A stretch of DNA of 64,000 nucleotides. It comes from Gnetum montanum (lineage: Eukaryota > Plantae > Gnetophyta). Positions 1-11,010 of this stretch are shown here, piece after piece. A program made the position numbers and the translations under genes. Each line of letters opens with the position of its first letter. Within the stretch, counting starts at the first letter, position 1. The notes under the pieces are model-generated. The model did no database searches. It was given only the letters and a program-made list of their open reading frames with translations, and was not told where the DNA came from. The stretch lies in NCBI GenBank assembly GCA_015680685.1, contig MNCI01001543.1, positions 366,051-430,050 of the forward strand. The letters run 5' to 3'.

Positions 1-1002
1 TTTTCCCCTGAAGACACACTTCTTTGGATTGAGGAATAAGTCATGCATATGGCAGCGTTTGAGGACTACACCTAGATCATTGGGATGATCAACAGCCTCT
101 TTATATTTGACTACTATGTCATCCACATAGTCATTTAGTGTTTCTAGGAGGTAGTCACTAAAGATGTATGTCATGGCTCTTTGGTAGGTTGCTCTGGCAT
201 TTTTGAGTCCAAAGGGAATCATAGTGTAACAAAAGGTACCCCATGGAGGTCATCAAAGTGGTTGTTAACTGATGCTCTAGGGTGATACGAATTTGATTGT
301 AGCTAGAGAAACCATCCATGAAGGATAGTAGAGTGTGACCAGCCGTAGTGTCGATAAGTTGATCAATACTCGACAGTGGGAAGTCATCTTTGATCGTTTC
401 TTTGTTCAGATGCTGGAATTCTATATAGATTCATATTCCTCTCGTTTTCTTAGAAACTACAATGATGTTCGACACCCATTCTGAGTAATCAACTGCCCAG
501 ATGAAACTAGCCTGATATAGCTTAGTGATTTCATTGTGTACGGCCAATGTGATCTCTAGTTTAATTTTGTGAGCCTTTTGTTTAACTGCCTTCATATGCA
601 GATCTAAGATAATGTTATGTTGTATAAGCCTTAGATCTAAGCTTGGCATGTCTATATAGGACCACATGAATACCTTGATGTTTTCTTCAAGGATCTTGAA
701 TACATCTTTATGCATTTGTGAATCTAGGAGGGAGCCTAGTTTTAATGTATTTATTTTCCCCTTGGATGTATTCACAGACGTTTCAATGAGAGGGTCCTTA
801 GTTACATCCCTGGCCTCTAAATCTAAGGCTTGGATCAAATGTTCAGGCTAGTCAAGGGATGCTTCTAAGCATGCCACAGTGCCATCGATGGATGATTTCC
901 AGTATATTGACTCTGGGTTTAATTGTCTTGTAAGCTTGCTATGTGGGCTTGTCAAAGCTAGAAGTGAAGATAGATCACGATGCATGGTCATTCTTGCTCA
1001 AC
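1..1002 (-). pseudogene. Element A reverse transcriptase exon (degenerate, truncated by window edge)
   Basis: ORF 431-838 (-) reads FMWSYIDMPSLD..HNIILD..EWVSNIIVVSKK. It continues after frameshifts as KDDFPLSSIDQLID, LSFMDGFSSYNQI, PFGLKNARATYQRAM and YVDD (~118-130). It is preceded by the acceptor-like TTATTGTGGCAG|G (AG at 1004-1003). Confidence 0.92.
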
Positions 1003-1154
1003 CTGCCACAATAAGATAAAAGTCAAGTCTAGTGAAACCTATTTGCAGCAACAACACATAGTAAACATTTGCAAAGCAACAATGAAATATGAAATGGTTG
1101 AAATAATTGTCAACTGTGATACAAAGTTCAGACCGCCCGGGTGTAGAGTTGTAG

Positions 1155-1340
1155 TTTAAAACTGCTAATTTAAGGTCTTTACGGACTGCTAACCTAATCA
1201 AATTTTGAGTCATAACTGTTAGTTTAAGGTCATTGCGGATCATTAACCGGTTAGGTTTGTAAGTCAAAACTATTAGTTTAAGCTCTTTGTGGATAGCTAA
1301 TGGGTTATTCTTGCAAAGGTAAGTTGTAAGTTTAAGGTGG
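1155..1340 (+). repeat. 54-bp degenerate tandem repeat (~3.5 copies) upstream of the antisense gene promoter
   Basis: Core TTTAAG recurs at 1169, 1223, 1277 and 1331 with similar flanks (AACTGYTA-TTTAAGGTC). Confidence 0.75.
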
Positions 1341-1474
1341 GATGAAATTTTCGGTTGGGCCCACTTGCTACGATGCAAACAGTGATGTTACGCTATGGTG
1401 GGAGTGCTACACTGTACGGAGCATCCCACATTAATCGGGGTGTGAAAATGGCAAGTTCTTTTCACCGTGTTGGC

Positions 1475-1482
1475 TATAAATA
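1475..1482 (+). promoter_or_regulatory. TATA box of the antisense gene in element A
   Basis: GGCTATAAATAG about 135 nt upstream of the ATG at 1617. Confidence 0.6.
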
Positions 1483-1616
1483 GGGGTTTACCCCTGGTAA
1501 AATTTCCATTTTCATTATAAGAACGCAGAGCCCACATCCAAAGCGTAGAGCAGTTATACTGATAAAGAGCAAGGTGATTTAGTGTAGCGATTAACAAAGG
1601 ATTTGCAACTGAGACG

Positions 1617-4600
1617 ATGGTACCTAAAGGAGAATGTAAACATCAAGGGCTTGCCAAGGTGGACGAGGTGAAAGACACCCTGGGACGTCTATCATAGACA
1701 TGCGTCATAGTATGAGAGGAGACTCCGTTGGCCTAGTAAGTTTCTATGCTACCTATGTTTTCCAGGTTGTTGTTGTTTCTTTTTTTTCGTAATGAAATCC
1801 AAGTCTTCTATCACCATTTTGATTGCAATTTTGGCCATTACACCGTTGTTGTTGTCGATTTGGCCACGATGGGTGTATGGACTCTACGCTAAGGTTGCAT
1901 GTAGTATTTCCCAGACTACCATTGTTGTAACTACCTTGTTGTAGAGGTTTAGGTGATCCTGGCAACCTAGCCCACGAATAGCATAGCGTACGGCCCTCAG
2001 GAGTGTTTGGCCATGCGCAAGATTTGACAAAGTAACACATGTTTAATGCAACATAGCACAAATCATTTTATATAGTAGAAGATTGGTTGAGACAACAGTA
2101 GCATATTAAATTTTTTCTTGAAATTCGCATTTAATTTTTTGGTTGCTACGCTAGGCTGGTGTATTGTGAGACCTTTAGACCAATGCATCGGTAATATCGT
2201 GTTGCTATGCTATTGATCCTGTGGTTCTGTTGGTGAATCTACCTTAGCTATAAATCTGTTATATTGTTGTACCTGTTTCATTAGTATGTTTGTTATGTGC
2301 ATCGTGCAATAGTTATTATAAGGCACAACTAGTGTTGCTATGCTATGTGCTTCCTGATGGCCATGCTACACTGCAAGTGTTATTTCGTTACATTGCTTGT
2401 AATATTTAACTTTGTTCTGTTTTAAAAAATTTGTGACTGGGGGCTTATGCTATGCTACATGCAAAGAAAGGATTATTCTATGCTATTTGCAAATGGATAA
2501 TCACGCTACGCTACATGCAAACTCCACTCTAACATAATGCTAACATTTTCCATTCTGTTGTGCAGGGTGATGTTAAAATCCATTTTGATTATCCTGGAAA
2601 TTGTAGGGGTTTTGTGCTACCTAAGTGAACTAGTGGCCAATGTTACTCTGCCCCATGCATGTGTGGAGTGGTAGGTAGTCTGGCTTTGGGAAGGTGTGTG
2701 GGACTTCCTACAATTCCTCCTCTAGCACTTTAGTGTGATTGTTTGGTCACACTTGTTAGTGGAGATAGCAGCTGCAATCACAGAAATGTTGTTGCTTGTG
2801 GCTAACCGAGGCATTTTGAAATTTTTTACTGATGGGGCAATTATGGGCGACTAGGTAGAAGGGTCCAATCAGCCCCCAAAAACCTTGAGGTGTCTAAGTT
2901 GGATCTAGGAAATGCCTGAGTATAAATGCTCTCACTTGTACAATACGTTGTTTGTTGCCCATCACATGGGCACCTATTTTCAGAACCCACTAGGAACCGT
3001 TTATTTTTCTAGTAGGTGAGTTCTGTAAATGTATTCTGTCACTTTATGCAATGCATGTTATGCTAGGTAACAATGTTAATAGTGATTGTGCTTTTTCTTT
3101 TTTCTTTTTGTGTTACCAGGTTTTATATCAATAAGAGTGGGCTTCATGGTGATATTGATGCCTTGGCTTTGGCATAGATGGTCCTATGGGAGTTTTCCTC
3201 CACTGGGAATGTGTGCATCTATGTGATAGGCTAATGCGAGGGTGAGTACAAAACCTATCCAACTTGGTGCTCCTATTTTTATGGGAAGTGTAAGGAGGCC
3301 AGTTGGTTGGATAGGGATTGGGCATCCCTTAGGCCAATCATCGTTGAAGACATGATGGTGGATCTCCCATTTTTTCTTCGTCGTTTAAACCTGGTACGCT
3401 AGACCGTGAATTTATGTTTGCATGTTCAAGTGTTGTTTCATTTTTCTTCTACTTTTTTTTGTTTAAATTTTTTTTTTGCAAATTGCTACAATGGCGAAGA
3501 AATCCCAAGAGGTCACCGTGATCACCTCTAGGAATAATGAGGCGAACATCTATTTCAAGTATGGGGAGGTGGAAGAGACCCAATGTTGGCTCTGCAACGA
3601 GGCCCCGGACTTGCTCATCAACAACCTTAGAGATGCTGGGCTCATGAAGTTGTTCTTGGCCATCAACCCAAGTGTCACTGCTACCGAAATGCTGCCCTAG
3701 TTGACTCCTTTTCCAAAAAAGTAGACTGCTTCCACACACGTGTCCATGGTGTGCTAGTGGTGCTTGAGATTAATGAACAACTATTTGGGAATCTCTTTGG
3801 TATCCCTTCTAATGGCCTCCCTATGGGAGAAAAGATCAAAAGAAAGGAAAACCATTAGGGGGACATTGAGGAGTGGCTAGGGGTGGTGAAGGACCAAAAG
3901 GGGATCCATATTGAAAAGGCCAAGCTAAAAGTGGCCAAAACAGTTTACCCCATCTTTTGTGCCCGTGATTTCCCCAAGCTACTCTCCCAAGGAAAAATCA
4001 TTAGGATCGAGCAAGCTTGGATATTGAGAGAAGTCATGGAAGAAGGGGCCTATTACAATTGGGCTAAGCATCTTTGAAAAGGTCTACAGGCTAAAATGGT
4101 CAAGCTTCATAAGAAGCCTGAATCTCATTTCAACGTGCATCATGCCTTCTTTGTAGCCTGCCTGTGGCGCTTCACAAAATTCTTGGTACTATGTGAGAAT
4201 GGAGTCTTGGTTCTAAAAAATCATAACCAGATTTCTAGACCGTGGATTTGCCAAGTCTTCCATACCACCCGATCCCAAGATCCCCCAAAAGCTATTGGAT
4301 AATCATTTTCAATGACAACTAGGGATTAGGTTGCATGCAACTTCTGTGGTCAAGACAACGTAGGAGAGGTGCCCCCTGCTACTATAGGTAGCATGTCAAA
4401 GGGGAAACGCCTCATTGTGGATACAGTTGCAACTAAGTTGTAGCACAAAAGGTCTCACTCGGCAGAGGAGCCTCCCCATACAGATGAAGAAGGGGGGCAG
4501 AAACTATAGTTCAAGCTTCGCAGAATGCAGTCTCCCATTGGTAAATGCTTCCTCTTTTTATTTTTTGTCTTGTTTGTTTGGTTGATGCTCACTACGCTAT

Positions 4601-6450
4601 GCTATGCTAGGTAATGTAGCACAACGTAGCATTTTTTTCAAGTTAGTATGCTTTCACTTAATGTGATCACGCTTTATTAGTAAAGGAAGAAGAAGAAGAA
4701 GAAGGTGAAGAAGAGTGCCCTTGAAACAAGGTTGACTAATAAAGATGCGGGGCCCCCAGTCACAAGGGAAAGGGCCCTGGTCAAAGAAGAAGGAGCTCCT
4801 GCCGCAAAGGAAAGGACTTCTGCCGATGAGGAGAACGCTCCTGCTAATGAGGAGGAAGTTCCTACCGATGAGGAGGACACTCCTGTTGATGAGGAGGATG
4901 CTCTTGTCGATGAGGAAGAGGTTGGTTCCATAGAAAGAATGGCCCCAGTGAATAAAGAAGAGGCCCTTGTCAACTAGAAATAAACCTCTATCGATGATCC
5001 CTTTGTTGAATGTAGTTCAGTGCCAGAAGAGAAGATGAACATAGAGGAAGCTATCATGCTATTGAGTCGGCTAGAAGGAGGGGAGCTATAACTTGATGCT
5101 GGTGAGTTTGACCACATATTTGATAGTATGTCGATGGGAAACCCTGTTGCTATCACCCTTGAGGGTTTACTAGGTAGAAGCTTTACACTGTCATTTGCAT
5201 TGCTCATCAGCTTTATTGTAGTCTTCTCGGTCATAACTAACACATTTTGTTATGTAGAAGACATCGTTGTTGACACTGTAGGTCCTTCTTCGATTGACTT
5301 GTGACCATGGGCCAAGACCCTTGATAAGTTTTCCTTCATGGAGGGGGTGGTCGACAACATGATCAACCGTGTAAAGTAGATTGATCCAGAAGTGGGTGAG
5401 TGAAGTAGCTACACTAGGCTTTTTAAAGTGCTAAACTTTGCTATGCCACTATGACTAATGCCCTTTTGTGTGTGGTTGATAGCCTCTTGTCTCAAGTGGG
5501 ACCCTAAGTAAGTAGTTAAGGTCAACATCGTGCCTGCATTCCCACCGTAAGTGACCGAAGTACCTCATCGCATATACGAGAGGCTAGTGAATGTGTGCTG
5601 TACTCGGCATGCTCCTTGTGGGAGTGCAGGCATGTAAATGAAGACCTGTAAAAATGAGCCCATAGGCTTGAGAAGGAGAAGGAAAATCTAATCGTTGAGG
5701 TGGGAGATCTCCACTCCAGGAATGAGTTCCTTTTGGCTTGGGATACCAATGATGGCATCTGGCACACACCCTTCATTAATTATGCAAAATATTGAATGGC
5801 CATGTGGTGCAACAACGAGGCCATACGTGAAATAAGAGAGCAACGTATGCAAATGGACTTGTTGGCCTAGAAGAACCAAGATTGGAAAGACTATAGTGCA
5901 GTAGTTTATGAGTGGGGGAAGTCACAGAAAAACCATAAGCATATGTATAAACTGGAATGTGCCACCTATCGTAAACACTATCAGGATGCTTTTGTTAAGT
6001 TGTATATGCATGAAGTGTTCCTCGATGTCATTGGTGCTTCTGGGGCTTACGACAAGTTCATGCAACAAGTGATGGTTAGTGAATCCTCTGAACAAGAAGT
6101 GAGTTTCCCTGCAGGTGGAACCACCACTGCCTCCTTTTCTCCAGAGCCACTGAGATGGACAACTATTGAAAAGGAGAAATTTGCAGCAAACGGTGACTTG
6201 GGAGATAGGCACGGTGAACATTACTGAAGAGGAGGTCTTGCAGCACCTTGGGGCCAGCCTAGATCACATACCCCTTGAGATAGATACGGGGCCCTCTCGG
6301 GTTAGTCGCTTCTTTTTGATGCAATGACTTATTTTATTCTAGTTTTTATTGTGACTCTAGCTGACTACTTTAATTTATGTGATACAGAATTCAGATGAAG
6401 ATAGAAGGCCTTCTGAGAGAGGGAACGATGGTGCAGAGGAAGATTCGTAG
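1617..6450 (+). pseudogene. Antisense 8-exon accessory gene inside element A: FCP1/NIF HAD-like domain, transposon-accessory-like domain, acidic repeat, coiled coil; decayed
   Basis: Exons 1617-1735, 2566-3015, 3120-3393, ~3482-4540, 4681-5173, 5258-5395, 5483-6300, 6388-6450. Borders are GT..AG with T-rich introns (exon 4 acceptor decayed CAG>CAA). Exon 2 reads VMLKSILIILEIVGVLCY..VWLWEGVWDFLQFLL*HFSVIVWS..LSWI*..YNTLFVAHHMGTYFQNP. It matches the element E copy exon by exon. Confidence 0.85.
4770..4975 (+). repeat. 21-bp coding tandem repeat (7-aa acidic DEExAPA-type units) in exon 5 of the antisense gene
   Basis: ORF 4705-4977: KEEGAPA-AKERTSA-DEENAPA-NEEEVPT-DEEDTPV-DEEDALV-DEEE. Confidence 0.85.
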
Positions 6451-6609
6451 CATGATAGCAAGGGATTTTATTTAAATTTTTGAAAAAATATTGTAAACAT
6501 TATTTGATTGATACTTTAAATGGAAGATGAACTATGACAAGATTCCCTTTATTTTAGCTTGTGTATTATCTATGTTATCTATTTTTATCTCTTTTTTCTT
6601 GTGTTCCAT

Positions 6610-6812
6610 CTTAGTTTTAGGACATTTTGGGCCATTTTTAGGTGATAAGGAAAATAATTTTTTTTTTGTTTTTTGAATAGCCAGTTTTAGGCCTTAGCGG
6701 GCCGTAGTGGTAGTTTAAGGTCATTCTAGGCCATCGCTAGTTTTAGGCCATTTCGGGCCATTACGGAGACGCGGGGTAAAGAATTTTTCTAGTTTTAGGC
6801 CTTAGTGGGCTA
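6610..6812 (-). repeat. GGCC-rich repeat array downstream of protease in element A
   Basis: Five copies of AGTTT(T/A)AGG-C....GGCC on +, e.g. AGTTTTAGGCCTTAGCGGGCC. Same motif as the arrays in B and G. Confidence 0.8.
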
Positions 6813-6999
6813 TGAAATACGTGACCAAAGTACACTACACAAATAGTGTAAATAAAGAGGACATTAAATCCAATGATGAATGTAAAGAAAACAGTGCATG
6901 TGAGGAGAAGTATGTGTAAAGGGTAACGTAGCTACGTTAACATGGACATGGTTCAATTTTGGAGTTGCTTTTTGATCCATTATGGGTTTGGTGATGGAT

Positions 7000-9900
7000 A
7001 AGGCCAAGGGGCCTTGTTGTGGTATTCCTCTATGCTATCGTCTACCACCTAAAATGGCAATTCATACCACATTGTAACTTCATTGGTACTAGTTTTAGCT
7101 TGTTCAAGTGCCTCTGTTTGAACGGGGGCTTGTTCTTCAGAGACTTCGATCTCTGATCCTTTCTCTACCCCCATATTATTTATGGTCTAAGGAGCTACTT
7201 TAGCACCATGTATAACCACTTCCCCTCCTGCATAGGGTAAATGGATCTCTTGATGTATCGGTGATGAAACGGCCCTCAGTTGGGCCAACCACGATCTCCC
7301 CAGAATCAGGTTGAATCCCAGCATCTCCTCTACCACTATGAACATTGTGTTTGTGGGGAATTGGTCCCCTAATACAAATTTGATCTGCACAGTCCCTTTT
7401 ACTTGCACTCATACCTCATTAAATGATTTTAGGTAGGATGTCGTCGTAGGCTTGATTTGATCCACTAAGCCCAACTTGTCCACAATGGGAAAAGGGATGA
7501 CATTGGTTGTGGCATTGTAATCAATGTGTACTCTTTGGATCCTATGTTGGCCAACCCGAAATTGTGATGAACATCATTGCTGTTGTCACCTGAACCTTTT
7601 TAGGATCATCTTTAATGGATCCATCACAAAATGTTAACTAAGACAATCTTCATTTTTTAGACGCAAGAGGAAGCATAACTACGTGAATTGCCTTTTCCTC
7701 TACCAGTATGCTTTCGTCCACGAGTATGAACGTCAACATATGAACCAAGGCCTCACCATGTGTGGTAGAGGTCATTACCAGGTTGTATAGGCTCAAAGTT
7801 ATATTCTTCTATTTTAGAGCCTGCTTGACCTGAGTAAGGGCATTTAGCAAGTCTTGTCTGCTCTCCTATTGCTTGCTACTCTTCTCTTCCTTCATTCGTC
7901 CTAGGAGATGAATTTCTCGAGGAGGATCGGTTTCAGGTCTGGGGTTGGACCTTTTTGTGGGGGCTGGTGATGATTACTTGGGCATAGCAGTGTTAACTAT
8001 TGATGATGAGGGGGGCGAAGGTGTGGAAGACAAGGAGGTAGGATTAGGGGGACTTGAGGCAGTATGTTGTTTAGCCGCATTGTCTGTCAGATGCTCTTCC
8101 CTCTTCTTTGAATAGGAAGGCTTTGAGGTTGTCTTGGCTTGACTCTGTATGGCAGGGGTAGTTGAATGTTTCAGCCCCCTGATGATAAATGGTGTTTTTG
8201 GTGTCAACGCAGGTGGTGGTGTGATTTTAAACATGAAAGGTGCAGGGAAAGATGTCTCAGAGGGAACTTTAAGGACAAATGGTTACTACAGCATCTTTTT
8301 GACTGTTGCTAGTGTCAGTGTACTACACTGAGGCATGCAAACCAAAAATGATTGCTGAGGCGATTTGGGATTACTCTCTACGCCAATGGTGTTGATGATG
8401 TAGTTGGCATTTTTGGTGTTAAGTGGGTCTTTGTAGACATGCATAGATTTATTCTCAGGGTGCACGGGGTTGCTTTCATCTAGAACCAGCTTCCCGTGAT
8501 CAATCATTCATTGAATGTCATCCTTTAATGCTAAATAGTAATCTGTGTCATGACCACAAAGTTGATGGTAGTCACAGAATTGCTTCAGCCTGAAATTCTT
8601 AGGAACTAGTAGCTCATTAGGCATAGCCAAAGAGGGGTTCCTAAGGATCTCATAGTACTGTTGATGCCTTTTGGTTGTCTCCTCTGACATCCGCTTATGT
8701 TGGATGTACCTAGCTCCCAACAATTACTTTAGGAGTTCTGCAGGCTTGACAGGTAGAGGGGTGTATTTAGAGCGATCTTTATGCTCGAAATTGGGCTTAG
8801 GAAGTGTTGATGCCTCTGGTGTTGATGTTGAGGGTTGGGCAACATTACTTGAGCTAGCCGTGGGGTTAGTTAACGTAGTGGCCACCTTTTTGTTGTTATT
8901 GTTGTTGGGCTTGGCCTCGTTTGCCACAGCGGCCACTGTGGTTGTTGCAGCCTTGCCTTTGTCTTTGTCCTTCTTGATATACATGTTTTTATATGCAACA
9001 TAGGCTAGATCTTTACTTGCCTTGGCCACGTCTTGAATGCTTTAGGTATGGGAAAAAGCCTAACTAAGAGTTCATGGAGCTAGGTAGTACAGTTAGGACT
9101 TAATAAAGTCATTTACTACACCCTTAAAGATGGCCAGTAGATGGGCCTCCATGATAGGATCACGGATCTCATTCAGGGTAGCGCTCCACCTTTGTATAAA
9201 TTTTTGGACTATTTCTAGTGGATCTTGCTTAATGATCATTAACTGATCCAGCGTAACCTCTGGTTTCAAGTTCTACTTGAAACGAGCTACGAACTAAGTC
9301 AGTAGCTACTCTAGGGTTGAGATGGAAGAGCATGGAAGTGTGCAGTACCAGTCTAAAGCTTTGCCCATCAGAGACATAGAAAAGATGTAGATTATGGTGT
9401 GTGGCCATTGTTGTAGTAGAAGGGACTCAGATCTAAACGTCACGAGATGTGCATTGGGGTCACCCTCCCTGTTGTATTTTGTAAAGTGGAGGAGTGGCAT
9501 CCCAAGGGGTAATGTGAGCATGGGGACTACCAGGATAATGGTATCATCATGGTAGAAATCCATGACTTGTACTATGTCAGAACCAATAGCTTTTAGGCAC
9601 TTAATTTCTTCAGTAAGCATCTGGATAAGTTGGAATGCTTGGTCCAGACCTGGGGATGATGTAGATAGTTGTAGGGTTGCAGGGGTGGCCACCATTGGTG
9701 GCATGGTAGGGGCAGCAACCTGGCTCATAGGTGGTGCCATTGGGGTGGACCCCACTAAGGGTGCTACTTGTGCTATCCACCACCCAGTGGGTGGTGCTGT
9801 TGGAGCGGTGACTGCTGGTGGTGCCATAGGATAAGTTGTTTGCGTGATCAGTGGGGTAGACCATAGTCCCGCGCTTGGTTGTACCATTTGTAGGACCTAG

Positions 9901-10764
9901 TACGCTTGATGGTGAGCATAGTGCAACATTTGGGAAGGTCGCAAAGTAGGGGGAGAAGTGATTGGGGTCCACCATGTGGCTGGGGCTAGGCCCACCATTG
10001 ATGGTAGAATAGGTGTAGGTGTTGGAATTTAAGTGGATACTATATGCAAATGTGATGTAGGTACCATGTGCACGTAAGGCAGGGTAGCTGTGATTAGTGC
10101 TTGGTACAATTAAGGGATAGATTGGGGAACAGATTGTGGAGGGATTGTGCCTGGAAATGAGATGGAGGAATAGGAATGTTGATATGCTGAGGGTATGGCA
10201 TGGCTATTCATGGCTGATGAAACTATGGTTTACATCAGGGGTGGACGTAATCATAAAGGGAGCAGTTGCGAAGAGCGAGTTCGACCAGAAGGTCGTGACG
10301 GGAGGGATAGTCGTAGGGTTAGTTTGATCCCCAACCTCAAATTGTTAATCTAGGTCCTCTTGTCCATCTTGAAACATCTTGTCATAGTGGGATGTCGTGT
10401 CTCGCTACTCCCTAGACCTATTTGTTCATACCAACTAATCTAAGATCTACTAATATGCTTTTGTCAGGAAAATGAAAGCACCAAGAGTAGGGATAAATTC
10501 CCTCCCATTGCAGTAAAGGAACTCGAAGTTACATTTGTCTTCAACTTCTTCAGCATCTAGGGGTAGATCCACCTAGATCTTAGCAAAGAGGAAGTTGTAA
10601 ATTTCAATATGTTGTACCAAGCTCTCAGGTGATCAGTTTTGGATCCTAAGAGATTGGCGCGGCCCTTGCACTAAGCTAGGCGGTCGCTCAACACTTGTGG
10701 TACCCTGAACCAAAAAAGGGACCTCAAGGTTTGAGGTAGAAATAGCAGTGGTTGAGGAAATCAT
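7000..10764 (-). pseudogene. Element A gag and aspartic protease (degenerate)
   Basis: KYNREGDPNAHLVTF..IFSMSLMGKALDWY (gag core); FCDYHQLCGHDTD (Tat-type knuckle); RVHIDYNATTNVIP..FNLILGRSWL (protease). The 3' limit is approximate. Confidence 0.88.
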
Positions 10765-10985
10765 TTTTATGAGGTTGAAAATGGTTTGTGAACAAGAAAA
10801 AATAGAGATCAAGAGGCGATCAGGGGATTTTCATCCTGCACGGTTCCAAAGGAACCGTCATTGCGACTAGCCTGTACCACATGATGTGTAAACAATTGCA
10901 AGGGTGTCATGTTTATGCTGATGAGTGATGGGGTATAGAGAGTGTGCAGGACTACCCATGAGATGCAAAAAAGGGCAACAAAAGA

Positions 10986-11002
10986 TCCTCCTTCTAGCGG
11001 TA
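10986..11002 (-). promoter_or_regulatory. Primer-binding site, tRNA-Asn type (element A)
   Basis: Minus strand ..CGCTAGAAGGAGG, complementary to the plant tRNA-Asn(GUU) 3' end CCTCCTTCTAGCG(CCA); lies just inside the LTR end. Confidence 0.8.
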
Positions 11003-11010
11003 AAAATTTT

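Noticed and set aside
998-1378. 126-aa ORF with repeated LKLxV units
   Set aside because: It is a translation of the 54-bp tandem repeat and the intron 3' end; not conserved in B or E.
1617-6450. Multi-exon gene as a genuine host gene
   Set aside because: It sits at the same PR-RT position in several elements and shows the same deamination stops as the surrounding pol.
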